From assembly GCF_009834535.1 (NCBI RefSeq), contig NC_045696.1, positions 9,426,001-9,490,000 on the forward strand: a stretch of 64,000 bases of DNA. Reading direction: 5' to 3'. Of this stretch, positions 37,622 through 51,339 are shown in pieces. The translations under genes were made by a program, and so were the position numbers. A model generated the notes under the pieces. That model searched no databases. It saw only the letters and a list, made by a program, of their open reading frames with translations, and was not told the origin of the DNA. The first letter of the stretch is position 1. Every line of letters begins with the position of its first letter. This stretch comes from Camelus ferus (lineage: Eukaryota).

Positions 37622-39515
37622 TGAAAAGACCTTTAAGGGGGCAAGCTCAACTTATTTTCTGACTTCCAGAGATACTCAATTTTGCTTTGTTCTGTTTTTA
37701 AGAAGCCTTTACTCCTCCCTTCCTTGCTCTGCCCAGTCCTGGAGCTGTCTGAGCAGAGACAGTCAGGACCCTAGAAACAGTGTCTTAAGTTGACTGGGAC
37801 GCAGGACTAAGCAACTTTCCATCCTGAGACTCTGACAGAATTACAGGGGAGGCCCAAACACTGGCTACTTAAACCCTCCAGCTGGAACACGTGTCCAGTT
37901 GCTCTTTCCCACAGAGACGAAGACATCTCCGGGGCGACCCTGAGCCTGTCCCCAGAAGGGCCTAGAACTCAGGACTCACTGCTCAGTACATCTGTTTGGC
38001 AGGGGGGTTCTTCTCTGAGTGCTTGTTTAAAAGCCATATTTGAAGTTTTGGCCTAAAACTCCGCTCCCTCCTCCCTACCTGTCCTTTTCACAAACACCCC
38101 TGTGTCCCATACTTCTCTCTGCTTTCCCTTGACTTACAAGGAGCTTCTGCACCTGTGAATGTGCATGTGACACATGTGCGTGGTGGGAAGCTCCCAGGTC
38201 TCAGGCTTCAGACTCAAAGGGCCTGGGCTTGGGGTCCCTGCTCTGTGCAGCCTCAGATTAATTGCCTTTCAACTCTATGAGGATAAAGCGGGGCAAATAC
38301 TGCACACCTCCTAGGATCACAGTGAGGCTCCCACCAAGGTGAGTGGCCTTGGAGAAGCTTCCAGAACTGTGCTGGGCAATGGGAGGCGAGAAGCACCGCC
38401 AGCACCTCACCGCCCCACCTTGGTTCTCATGACCTCAGCCCCCACCCGCTGTTGCAGGCGCCGTCTCTCCAGCTGCTCCGAGCTGCAGCGCATAATTCCT
38501 GCAGCCCCGAAGGACGTGACTGGATAACAGCCTGACAAGTGAGCTGCAGTGATATTTGAACACGAGCCCCGATCTGATTATTCTTCAGTCACTCAACCCC
38601 AGGCAAGAATGGATTCATACTTTCCACTGCCGCCTGCGCCAGCCGGTTTCCATATCAGCCAGAGCCTCAAGAAGATGGAAGGACACGCTGTCATTCTTTC
38701 CATCCACGCTGACCCTGCTTGCTTCAGGGCGAATGCCAGCACGTTTGGGAGAGGAAGTTGCAACTGCTGACCAGGCCGTGCAGACCGGCCCCGTTTCCAA
38801 CACGCTTGAAGGTAGATAAGCAGGCTCTTGTGGTTCTGAAGCTGGACTTGCCTTACCTGTGAAAGCAAAACAAACAGGGCCGTCTCCTTCCTCCTTGGGA
38901 ATTCTTGGTCAGGTTCTCTTATTTTGAGCTGTCGGTGTAACGGCGGTGCAGACGCTTTGGGTCTGGAAGTAGTGCCATGTGACTTTCTCCCTGGTGTTCC
39001 CTGACGCTTGGTGTCAGTTGTAAAAGTCAGCTTGATAACAGATTCCTTATGGATTCTTCCCAAGAGCCCCGGGAGACAGATTGGCGGTGGTTACTTCTAC
39101 TTTACAGAGTCGAAAGGCAATTTAAAAGATAAAAGCAAAAATTCTGCTCAGGGTCATCCCTGCAAATCAGCGGTCCTGGTGGAATCAGAGCTCATGGCCC
39201 CCGACCTGCCAACCCCCCACCTCCCTCCTTTGAGCTCAGGGACATTCGTGGCTGACATTCTTTTCAGTTTTAGTAAATTCATTCAAGAGAAATGAGAGAC
39301 CAGATCTATTTTAGGACCCCTGACTAATTTTGTCTTATTCTGTTTTCTGTAAAGCAAAGAGCTATTCATCAGCAAGTGTAAGCAATGTCTGAGTAACGCA
39401 GCTACACTGTGCTGGGTTTGGGGTCACGGTCATTGAACTGGTCATGAGCGCTGATTAGATACATGCATTGAGTCATACAGTGTACGTGCTGGGAGAGACT
39501 TAGTAATCATGTAAT

Positions 39516-39680
39516 CCAGCGGCTCCCAAATCTGGCTGTTTACCAGAATCACCTAGAGAGCTGATTCCACATACAGACGCCCCAGAACTTCCCCAGTCCC
39601 AGCACCAGCGACCTGGCCTCTGTCTTTAGTGCTAAATTTCTAACAAGCTCCTCAAGTGATTCCTATACACCCAGCCTAAA
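39516..39680. mobile_element. MER5-like hAT MITE
   Basis: cagcggctcccaaatctggctg...agaatcacct...aacaagctcc.caagtgattcctat. Confidence 0.55.
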
Positions 39681-40346
39681 AATCTCTAAATTTGAGGTTC
39701 AGAGAAACATTTGAGAATCACATTTTCTTATTTGCTGTTTTTTTGGGGGGGATTGGGGTTGTGTGTGGGGGGTGGTTTGGTTGCCTGCCTACTGTTTTTA
39801 TTGTTCTTCAGGTGGAGAACCTGGGGCCCAAAGGCTAGGTGCCCCTTGCCTGGGGTCACACGACTAGTCAAGTGTTACAGTTGGGACTGGAAACCCACTT
39901 CTACTCTGTGCATGGCATTAGCGTGAACGCAGCCCGACGGCGTGGCCAGCAGAGGCTGGTGGCCAAGGCGCTGTCAGCAGAGACACACACAGCCCACTCT
40001 TGGGAATGTGTTGTAATGTGTCCCAGGCTCCTGTAAAGTCACTCTGGCCAGCATGCAACTCTCGGAGGACCCACTGGGTTCAGGAGATTCTTGGCTAACC
40101 CTCAGGAAGCATTACTTCTGTCTAGAAAGACTTTGCCCTCTCTGGGCAAGCCCACCGCCCCAGGGCCCAAATGGGACCCACCAGGATTGGAGCAGGTGCC
40201 AGGGCTTGGCCCTAGAATAGGGCTGGTCGGTCCAGTCTACCTGCTGCCCTGTGACAGCAACCTGCCTGGCAGTCTTGCTGTTACACAACCAGTTCAGTTG
40301 TCGTAGACAGTGAACTTCACTTGTCAGTGGCTTCAATTAAATGGCC

Positions 40347-40601
40347 CATTTTACTTTATTAAACATTGTTTTTCTTCCAGTTTTGTTGAGATCTAAGTGA
40401 CATACAGCACTGTGTAAGTTTAAGGTGTACAGCATAATGATTTGACTTTAGTGCACATCCATCATACAGATACAAGAGAAGAAAAAGAAAAGTTTTTTCC
40501 TGGTGATGAGAACTCTTAGGATTTACTCTTAGCAACTTTCATATATAACATACAGCAGTAATAATTGTATCATTCATGTTGTACGTTACATCGCTAGTAC
40601 T
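40347..40601 (-). mobile_element. L1 3' end fragment with TSD
   Basis: gagatctaagtgacatacagcactgtgtaagtttaaggtgtacagcat...gtgatgagaactcttaggatttactcttagcaactttc. Flanking direct repeat ttaaatggcc (40337-40346 / 40602-40611). Confidence 0.8.
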
Positions 40602-41685
40602 TTAAATGGCCTCAAAAATGATTGTCCAGTAGCTTCAGATGGGGCACTGGCTATCTTATTACTTACTGGACCTAATAGAGAGATGATAAGAATGGGTAGT
40701 TCGGTCTGTCTCAGATTTCCAGGGGGTCTGGCTAATTGCTACTCACAGCAGAAGACCTACTAACCTACGATGTAATACATTCCTTAATTTCCTCCTGCAA
40801 GATAATGCTGGTGCCCCTTCTGTTCCTGGACTTTCTCAATCTAATGTTGTGACTTATTTCCAGATCAAATATATAGAAATTTCTTTTTCAGACTGTGCCC
40901 ATCCTGGCTACTCATGTAACATGGAGTCCAGTATGATGTCCTCATTTAGTTACCTAAATTATGTATATTTGGGGGGTGGGGATCATGAGGTAAGTAGTCA
41001 GAGATGCAGGGTCAAGGACAATGTAACATCTCCTGTTTCCATCCGGCTAGCCACCTTCCTAGGGGACCTTCCCCTCAGATACTTGCAGGCATTTCAAGCT
41101 CTGTGGTTCCAAATCCTAGCCATTGTCTTTATTCCTGCACTTGCCATCTGTCTTTTGCCCCATCCTATCCAAGGAAAAGGCTGTCACCACCTTCTCTTTC
41201 AACCTCACTTATTCAGCTACAGCTTTGTAGATTTCACATCTGTTTCCACTTTCCCATCCTCACTGTCACTGCCTCAGTTCACTCAGAATGCCTCTTACCT
41301 GGGTTTCTGAAACAGCCTCTGACCTTGCCTTCCTGTTCTGCTCCGGCGACTTCTGGTCTACCTCTTGTCTGCTCCCTGAATGATCTTTCTGAAGACCTAT
41401 GCAATCTCCTCCCTATGCTGCTTTTAACAACTCTTCCACACTTACCGGTTGTCTTTAAAGTTCAAAATCCTTACTTTGCAAATAAGGCCTTTCATTTGCT
41501 CCTGCTTAGGACCCTGCCCTGTCCCTGCCATCCCCCAGCATAGCTCATCAAAGCCAGGGTGCAGAACCACTTGGGGTCCCCAGAACGCAGTGTGCTGTGT
41601 GATGGAATCTGGTGTTGGCTCCGTCCAGGATGCCTCACCCACTTATGCATCGCGCAGACCCTTTCCAGTCCTTCCGATAGCCTTA

Positions 41686-42020
41686 ATTATTTTAAAATAG
41701 ACTTTATGTTTTAGAAGAGTTTTATGTTCACAGTAAAATTGAGCAGAAGGTACAGAGGTTTCCCTTGTACCGCAACGCCACATGTGCACCCCGTTATCAG
41801 CATCCCCCACCAGAGCGATCGATGCATTTCTTACGACGGATGCACCTACCCTGACACATCATGATCACCCACCATCCATACTTCACATTAGGATTCACTC
41901 TTGATATCGTTCATTCTCTGGGTTTGGACAAATGGATAATGACATACCCACCATGACAGTATCATCCAGAGTGGTTCCACTGCCCCCAAAATCCCCTGTG
42001 CTCTGCCTGCTCCTCCCAAA
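41686..42020 (-). mobile_element. L1MC-like 3' end inserted in an L2
   Basis: aatagactttat...ttcacagtaaaattgagcagaaggtacagagg...ggattcactcttg...gggtttggacaaatg. Confidence 0.75.
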
Positions 42021-42074
42021 TAGCCTTTCAGCGGAGGTTGACTCCTTCCAACTAACCTCTGATCTTTTCAGATG

Positions 42075-42171
42075 AAGAAACAAAGGAACTGTCTCAGTAT
42101 CACCAGTTCCCAGCACAGTTGCTTGTCATGTTGTATGTTATTAATAAATGTTTGATGAATGAATGAATGAG
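42075..42171 (+). mobile_element. L2 3' terminus
   Basis: ccagttcccagcacagttgcttgtca...aataaatgtttgatgaatgaatgaatga. Upstream L2 body at about 41260-41680. Confidence 0.65.
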
Positions 42172-45100
42172 TTAGCTAGTCACTTTAAAACCAAGACACA
42201 GAATTGCCCCAAAGGGGAAAGCATGATTCATGAAGTATCTCTGGGTCTTCTCTCGCCTGCTCGTGTGTATTATTAAATTCATCTGACTGCAGTAGATTTC
42301 CTGCCAAGCAGCAATTAGACCCCCTGGAAATCTGCCCGGTTTCAACTTTAAAACATTCACATGCATTTACCAAGATGTGCAGCCTTCTCCAGTGCTCCTG
42401 CACTAATCTCTACCTGCTGTAATTTGTTTCTTCTAAAGACTATACTTGCTGGCTGGTTTTGGTTTTATTTTGTTTTTTTTTTTTTTAATAAAATGCATCG
42501 TTTTTCCTTAAAAAGGAAGGCTGAGTTTCAGAGCACACAAGACAATCATAGACTGATTTAAAGTACAAAGAGAGCTCCGTGGACCCTGGAAGCCCCACCA
42601 GCCGCCCACCCGCCGCTCCCTTTTTCCGAGTTGGATGGCGTCCCACGGGCTCTCTTCTTGTCACAGGCTTGTCTGGAAGGCAGCCAGAGCCCTGCCCTTG
42701 AAGAGGCCCCAGTTCTTGTTGCTGGGAAGAACAGGTCAGGGAGAGGGCACGTCTCGAGGCCGGGGGGTGCAGGTGTGAGCCCGTGGAGCCCCTGGCTCTC
42801 AGAGAGGATGCAGAACCATCCTGGTGTAGGGAAACAGGGGAAGCTGGGGGGCCACGTATAGAATCGTGGAGTTTCATCTTCGGGCGGTTCCTAGGGACCG
42901 TCTACATCGCTGAGCTCTTGGACACGAATCAAAACCTCCCTCAAGCTCTTCTGCATGTTGCCTTCCCTCCCCTCCAGCCATCACATCTGGGGTGCGTTGT
43001 TTTGGAAACTTGGGGAGGGCCCTGGTTCATTCACCCACTCACTCAAAGAAACACAGACTTAATGATCCCAGGCGGTGTGATGGGTGGAACCCCAGGGCTG
43101 GTGCTGCACAGGCCTGGGGGCGCCTACTCCACTTCTTTGAATTTGTTTCCCCATCAGTAAAACAACTCAGAGAGTGGTCCCGAGGAACAGTGAGATGGTG
43201 AGTTTGAGGGTCACATGGTGGCTGGGGGCTCATCCACTCTTCTGGGTTTCATTTGGTGATTTTTGTGCACGTCCTTGGTCAGTGGAATTATGCTTCAGAA
43301 GTCCTGATTCCTGCTCGATGCTGAAGGCCCTTGAGAAGACACTTTTACGTCACATCTTCCTCTCTCACCTCCAGGAGTAGTGTCTTCAGACTCCAGATGT
43401 GACTTTACTGAAGAGCGGTTCACCTGGAGAGCAAGGCTGTCTCAGTGACAGTGTTTGGCGCCTGCAAGAAGTTCCCGAGGGGGAGGGGAGGGAGGGAGGG
43501 AGGAGAGGAGGGAAGGCAGTGACGTCACTGGCAAGTTGAGTGGGTGGTTCCAGGCAGGGGGAGACCCTCAGCTGCATTTGCTTTACGGTGCTATCATCAA
43601 CACTGAGGTGGCCCTGGGCCACCTGGGGGCCCCCGGGCGTGATGGCAATGAGGGGTCAGTACGTGGGGCAGAGAGCGGCTCACTCCACAGCTCTTAAAAG
43701 CTCCCGATTTCGGTAAAGAACGATCCACGATGCTGTTTGGAAATTCACTTGCTATCAATCGGCCGTTTTTAGCAGAGCCCCTCAAATTCTGGAATCCAGA
43801 ATTGCCACCGTCCTTTTCCCCATATTTCCCCTCAGTTCCCTCTTGCCTGTCGGGTTCCACCTCCTGACAATCACACATTTACTTTTAGGTGTTAACATTT
43901 ACGTTCTCTGCTGTAACCATTGCCCATGTTTTAGTCGTAACTTGATTCTAAAACCTGTAAATCAGGAAGTAGGGTTTATGCTATTATAGCTACAAAATAT
44001 TCTTCAGTGCTGGGCCAAGCCATTGGTTAGAATTACATGTCCTTCTGAGCAGGTCCAACTTCATGACCCAGAGGCACTTGAAGAGAAATGTATTTAGCAT
44101 CAAAGGTGAATGGAAACTCCTTTGATTCACTCCCAAAGCTGCCAATTGAAACTCGCATCACGTTATGCTTTCCTTCATGTTTGGACCTGACTTTCTTGAA
44201 TAGATTTTTGTTTTTCTTAGAGTTTCTATTATTTTTTTTTTTAAGTGTCGTCATGCTTTATCACCGTCTTGAGTGTTTGCATCTTCTCAACTATGGCAGA
44301 CGTTCCGTTGTTCTCGTTTTGGCTCTTGGACTGGCTCTTCTCAGGGTCTGAGGTTCACCTGCCACCCAGGGAGTTTTCTTCACTCCTTTCTTACTTTGGC
44401 TCCAGGGTTTCCTAGATCCCACGTTTTTCTTCTGTGTGGTTTACGTCTTTATTTTGCTGGACTGCATTCCCGTTAACTTCTTCTTCCCAATGAGACAGTA
44501 AAGTAAATCGATTTCTTGAAAATATCTTGAAATGCATGTGGAGCTTTGGGGGAGTTTTTGTTCTTGCTGTTGCCGCTGCTTTTTACCACTGCGCTCGAGG
44601 GCTAGTTTCTCTGCATGAAGAATTCTCTAGGGAACACTGTCTTCCCCAGAACCTTCAGGGAAAGCTCAGTGTCTCTTACAGTCTGTTATCATTCTGACTT
44701 GCCCAGCTTTGTAGGTGACTGGATTTTTTGTTTGTTTGTTTTTTGTTTTTTTGTCTTCAAACATCTCTCCTCATCTTTGATATTCTGAAATGTTTTACCC
44801 ACTTGTCCACATGTGGGTCTTCATTCATGGTAGCCTTCATTTGGTAAGTTCTTTCTGACTGAAGCCTCATCTTGAGACCTGAAGAATCTGTTTTTTTGTT
44901 TTTGGGTTTTTTTTTTAGCATTCCTAATCTCTCCCTCTTTATTTATTTCTCTTCTTTCTGGAATCCTAGAAATTGAATGTGGAGTCTCCTACCTTGGTAC
45001 TCTGTATCTCATGATTTCTATCTTTATGGGTTATTATGACACGGGTCATTTTGGCAGTTTTCTGCTAATTAGAGCAGCAGTGTGTATTGTAACAGCAACA

Positions 45101-48100
45101 ACAAAAATGACAAATCTGAGTAGTTATAAGATGGAGTGAGTCCTTGGCGGAGGCAGGAGGGAACTGAATTGAAGGAATAAATGAAGGCTTTGTCTTTGAG
45201 AAGGAAGAGGAATGCTTCTTATTGACATAATAGCCAAGGAGCCATGCCAGGAAATAGAAATATGTTCTAGTACAGAAGAGAGAAGTTCACTCCAGTTTCT
45301 GGGCTTTGCTGGTCACATAAAATAGAAGTTGAGGTCATCCACTTAGACTGAAGACTCCTGGGCAAGAAAAGATATGGAGCATCTGCTGAGGCAACAAGTG
45401 GTGAATGAAAGTTTGACCCAGAAGCCTTGAAGACTCATCTGAAGGACCCAGGGTGTATCAGTGGTAGGGCAGGTTGGCCAGGTTTTGTAACATCCAATAA
45501 TTCGGGGCTGTGAGCAGGAGGGGATTGAAATTTGGCAGCAAGTGTGGTAACAGGACATTGATGAGAGAACTCAACCAAGATGAAATATTTTCACCAGTGA
45601 TGTTAACGTGAGAGAAGAGCTCGATAATCTTGACTTTATCCAAGTCTGCGACTCAGTGTTCTCTGTGTCCCTCCCCCCAACCCTCGATCACCGTCACCAT
45701 GTCAAAGTTTGTCCCCAGAAGAACTGAGACCAAAAGGAAGTTGGAAGCCTTTGGTCCCCAAATTTGAGGGTCTCTGCTAAAATCTTTCCTTTTACATCAA
45801 GCCCGGATTCAAACATTATCCTTGGATCACCGTCATAAAGCCAGTCATTCTGGCTTGCACACACGCAACTTCCAGCTTGGCTCTAGGAGCAGGGCCCAGA
45901 TAAGCCAAATGCACTCACTTTCATGGACTCTAGAATGCTGAAGCTGGGAGAACCTTCGGAGATCAAGCTCAGTGGTTTTGAAATGGTCTCATTTCGGGTT
46001 TTGTGGTTGCTGTTGTGTTTAATGAAATACCATTTTAAAACGAACTCTTCCACTGAGGCCACCAACACATACAGCGATGTACAGCCACCCCCTGTGGAGT
46101 AGGGGGTCTGCCCTGGAGCCCCGAGCTGAGTTCCTCTTTACCTCCTGTACCATCGTCACAGACCCCCAGGATTTCCCCTTATTTTATAATTGATGAAACT
46201 GAGCCCCAAGGAGGGCAGGCGAGGTCAGAACTGCACCCAGGCCGCCTGCATTCTGTTCACTCTGCTCTCCCTGCCACTGAGAAGCAGCACGTTCTGGACC
46301 CGAAAGGGCTGTGGATGAATCCAGACATTTGACATTTTAGCCTCACGGGGATGAAAGGAGACACCTCAGGAGAGTTTTAATCCGAGGCTCTTTTACCTTA
46401 GGCTCTTATGAAATCTCTCGGTCATAGGGGAGTTAACAGCTTGTGTTCTAGTCCCACAGATTCATTTGTGCCCTTCAGATAAAGTGCAGGCTCATTCTGA
46501 AGATTTTCCAGCCTGCTGTCCTCAGAACCTCTGGGTACCGTGTTTCCATGGTGATAAAGAGGACTCTTCTTGCAATAGGGTGATCGGTCTCTGCCTTTTC
46601 TTGGTCACCAATTATGTTAGTGATAATTAAATTAGGTCTTTGACAGGCATGCAAGTGAAAGCAGTTTGTTGTAATTTACCAAATTAAATAGAGTGTCGAT
46701 GATTAATTGTAAAGTCATTTGAAATCATATCTGTATCCTCTGTATAGTTTTAATTTAAAATGAATTGATTAGCATTATTAGGGAAATTTGGATTCATACA
46801 TTAAAAGTACATTCATGTTTTGGCATAATATTCATTTTTAGGTGGTAGATGTAAGTTTAATTCTTATAGAATAATTTAATGAAATTTTAAGTGGTGATTT
46901 ATTTTTATCTTTTTTGTCAGAAAAAAATTGTCAGAAAAAATCAAACTATGTTTTGGCACATTTAAACATGTTCCATTCATTTATAAAGCAACTTCCCTCT
47001 GAGAACTCTTTAGAATCATGGTTAATTTTTGTGGGTCTTTGTTAAAGTTTGCAACTTACTTGAGTCTGTGATTGGAGAAAGGATTTTTCTTTTAATGTAT
47101 TATTTATACAAAGTCACGTAAGTCTCTATAAACAAGAGCATTTCCTAGCACTGTACTGAAAGTCATTTGTGGGTCTTCTTTTCAAATTGTGTTTGAAGCA
47201 AGTTCACTAAGTATATGAAAATTAGGTGGGGGTTATGATCACATTCTATTTCTGGTTTATAACGGTGTTATTGTGTTGACCATGTACTTTATGTAGCAAA
47301 TTTTGTTTCAAGTTTTCAAAAAAAAGAAAGAAAAGAAATCCAATCCACCATCATCAAAAGACAGAGATGTATTAGCAGAAAAATGTGTTATAGATGAAGG
47401 TAATCTGGAATGTGATTTCCAAAAACGTTTTGAGCCATAAAGTACGGGGCGCGTGGACAACATGCTTTGTACGTTTTAGCAGCGGAGTGCTAACTCGGGA
47501 TGCTGGCCACACTGCTCTGTAGTCTTAACTCTTACCACCGAGGAAGCTGTCATTTACATCCTATTCTTGGGATTTTTTTCCGTGTTCACTAGGCCTCTTA
47601 CACCACTGGTACTTAAATTAATGGAAGTTACATGCAGAAGCAAATAACCTAATCTTATTTGGAGAATTCTTGAGCCAAAAAAGCTTGCTTCATTTCCCTC
47701 CCCGACTTCTTCCCTCCCCCACTTCTTTCTTTCTTTTCTTCCTTCTTTCTTTTCTTTCTTCCTTCCTCCCTTTCTATCTTTTTTCTTTTTTGAATTATTG
47801 CCCTTTCACTTGATTTGTTCTCTCTTTTTTTCGCCAGAGCATATTTTACCTATACCATTTTTTTAACTCTGTATTTTTAGAAAGGAAAAGGCTTTTTTTG
47901 TTGTTTTCTGGAATCTTCTTGGTGTATTTTTTTTAATCTCTACAGGCAGCACACTTAATGAAACCTCAACTCATGTAGGAGCTTGGGGTTCTCATGTGGG
48001 GCCATAGAGGCCATGGGCACAGGCCCTCCCCTCCCTGTCCCCTGTCCCCTGACCCTCAGCTTCAGTCCGTGGTTGGACAAGGCCGCCAGGAGGAGTACTG

Positions 48101-50989
48101 GGAATGCCCCCCTGACCCCTTCATCCTGTTGCTTCCTGCCTCCTCCAGCCCCCCTCACCTCCACTTCAGGCCCCTTAGATCTCGCCCTGAGCCCAGTGAT
48201 CTTTGCCTTAAAAATGGAGTTAACTGGCTTTAACCTCCTGGAGATTGTTTCCTCCTCTATAAATGGAAATAACCCATGTACACCATGACCAAGATGAGAA
48301 ATTTTAAAATATATATGAACACCTCCATATGCACAGTTGCTGGCACGTGAGATGTGCTTAAATTGTTAGCTGCTTTCCCTTCCTGGTCTTCCCTTTTCTC
48401 TCCAGTTATCCCTCCACTCCCACCCCCTGGCTTGCTCCATCCTAAGAGCTCTGTCCTGCGACCTCCCTGCCACGCAGTGCCTGGGGGGGCAGGGCGCACC
48501 CACAGCAGGAAGTGCTCCTGGTTCTCTGGGTGGAGGGAGGGAGAAACCCCTGCCTTCCATCTGCAGCTCTGGATGTTGCTCTTTCCCTCTGGATCACAGT
48601 CAGATCCGGTTTGCAATCTAAAAGATGCTAATGGGCAAAGAATCGCTGCAGAATAAAGGCAGTATTCGTTGTTAGTGTTTGTATTAAATTCTTTGAAAAT
48701 AACTTAAGAGAAATGAGCTCTTTCTTGGGTCTCAGTCTTTCAGGATTTATGGCAGTTCCTACACAGCAGTTCTCCCAACTTCAAAAATAAGTTTTTTCCC
48801 CAAAATTCCCTGTTAGCCTACCATTTAGTTCTTGGAAGGCATTTTTCCACATGCTGCCTAAAAGGCAGGTCCAATGTGCCCTGTTCAGTGGCTTCTGCCC
48901 CCATCGTCCACAAGCATAAGAACTTAAGAGAACCAAAGCTCCCTTCTGGTTAGAGCCCTTCACCATTAACATGCTACCAACGTGGGGTTCTTCCTTCGAC
49001 TGATGTAAGGAGACCCATCCAGGGCATCCCAGGTACTGTAAATGTCAAGGAGCTAAGATCTAACACACCTTTGCTCCCTGGCATCACTGCCATTCCTTAT
49101 CAGCAAATGCACATTTGAGACTCAGTTGCAACTTCACATCATTATGAAGTTGGAAAACATGATTCTCAAAGTTAACGGAAAGGTTAAAACCCACTCTACT
49201 CCGAAGTCAAGCTCTTAACAGCCAATCTGATTATGTTAGCAAAGTCTTTCGATGGATTTTGTGGGGGAGCAATTGCATCAAATATGGAGTGTCTCTACTT
49301 GCCCTTTCTCCTGCCTAGCGTGAGCACAGAAAAGTGTCTAGATTGCAAGATGGAATTCTGACAACTGGAGGGGACTATGAGACATTGGCCGAGGTATCAG
49401 CAGCCTTGGAAGTGCTGAAGCAGGAGATCGGCTTTCAGTGTGCACATCGATCTTCTTTTAATGAGAACGTATTGTGCTTTCAAAGCTGGAGCTCAAGTCC
49501 TGAGTGGAAGGCTCAGGTCCCCGTGGACGCTGCATTAAGTGCACTGCCAACCAGATCTGCCAACACCTCCCCTGTTCTCAGAGCTAAGCCCTTTCTGTGC
49601 GGTTATCCATCATGTGGAATTTGGTCCTAACTGTGCAAACCAACCAAATGCACGAGAGACACAGGACAATATCCATTTCACTCCGATTATCTTCTGTCCA
49701 CGTAACAGATGGAACTCTGGGATATAAATGGCAAAAGAGGGACACATGTTTCCTCCTTCTTTTTTTCCTGTTGTATTACTATTTCATTTCCCCAGCAACA
49801 GCAGCAAGAAGTAGGAAATTCCAGTGAAGCCAATACTTGCTAGAGATTTCTTGGGTTGTAGGTTTAAACCTCACAAAGATTTCCCTAAGCATTTCCCCTG
49901 TCAGTAACTGGGCTGAAGTTTTAAGTTTCAAAGTTGATTTGAGATTATTTGGAATGGTTGGTTACCGTTTTCTAGTGGAAGGCTGCCTCTCAGAGCTTGT
50001 GTTCTCAATCTTTTAAGTATTCAGAGTTTCTTTTTACGTTAAAGCATCTGGTTTGTGCCGACACAGAGCTTCAAGTTGCAGAAACACGTAGAACCATAAA
50101 GACCTTTGGGGACGGGGTTAGGGTGGGAGGACGGCAAGGCAATACCATTTATCAGATTTTTAGTTTAAAGCCACGTCAAAGAACGCGAAAGTCAGGGTGA
50201 GGGGGTTTAGCGTGACTCTGGGCCCTCCTCGGCCTCCCCGCCAGGTGAGGATGAGGCTCGCTGGTCTTGCGTGTCTCCTGCGGGTCAGAAGCGGTCTGAC
50301 TGGTGCTCCCCCAGGCGAACAGTGGTTGGTCCATACCTGCGCATGCGCGCCCAGGATGTGCACGTGGGCAGGTGTCGGTCTGTGCCGCCTGCACGTGTGT
50401 GCACGCACTGGTAGGGGAGGATGGGAAAGGAGCAGCGAAGAAGAAACAAGGAGAGTTTGGTTCGTTGTAAGTGAGAAGCTAGTAGACAAAGGAACCATGT
50501 TCTTTTGGGAGTGGAACGGTGCTTGTCTTGTAATCAGGACCTCCATAGACCCTGGCAACCAGCACGACCCTGGACCTAGCGCTTCCACACTGTAGCCCTC
50601 CTCTGTCCAGGGGACGTGCCACCCAGACCCTACACCCCTCCATTAACACCACGTTCTGGGTGCCCAAGACCCTGCAGTCCCTCCCCAAATGACCCACATC
50701 CACTTCCAAGATCTGTGTGGGCTTCTTCCCCAGACTGTGGACAGGTGGTGCCCTGCTAGGGCAGAGGGTGGCTGAGGGCAGCTGTCTCCGGGGCTGTGGA
50801 CAGAGCTTCACTATGTCATTTGGGGTACCCACCTGGAGTGGGCAAGGCCATTTGAGGTGTGACCTCAGAGAGTGAAGTGCAGGCAGTCATAGGAAGAGAA
50901 GCGGTCAGTGTTCTCTGTCACACTCCAGTGGGGAACACCAAGGAGTCTGAGATCCTAAATTTGAGCCTGGCCTTCCAGGACACTCTGAC

Positions 50990-51339
50990 TATCTTTGTCA
51001 GCTCAAGCTGTTATAACAAAATACCATAGGGGATGTGGCTTGTAAACATCAGAAATGTATTTCTCACAGCCCTGGAGGCTGAGATCAGGGTGCCAGCAAG
51101 GTGGGGTTCTGGTGAAGGCCCTCTTGTGGGTTGCAGACTGCCAGCCTCTCCTGGCGTCCTTACGTGGTAGAAAGAGTGAGTAAGCTCTCTGACCTCTTCT
51201 TATGAGTGCACTAATGCCATTCATGAGGGAACAATCCTTATGACCTAATTACCTCCCAAAGGCTCCACCTCCAAATACCATCCCATTGGGATTAGGGTAT
51301 TGATATCTGAATTTGGTGGGGAACATTCAGTCCATTGCA
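50990..51339 (-). mobile_element. MaLR LTR (MLT1A-like)
   Basis: gctgttataacaaaataccatag...cagaaatgtatttctcacag...gcactaatgccattcatgaggg...acctcccaaaggctccacctccaaatacc...aacattcagtccattgca. Flanks ctgac/atgac. Confidence 0.85.

Noticed and set aside
40849..41543. Overlapping 153-aa and 179-aa ORFs
   Set aside because: No recognisable protein family, partly over L2-derived sequence, non-ATG starts and no exon support.
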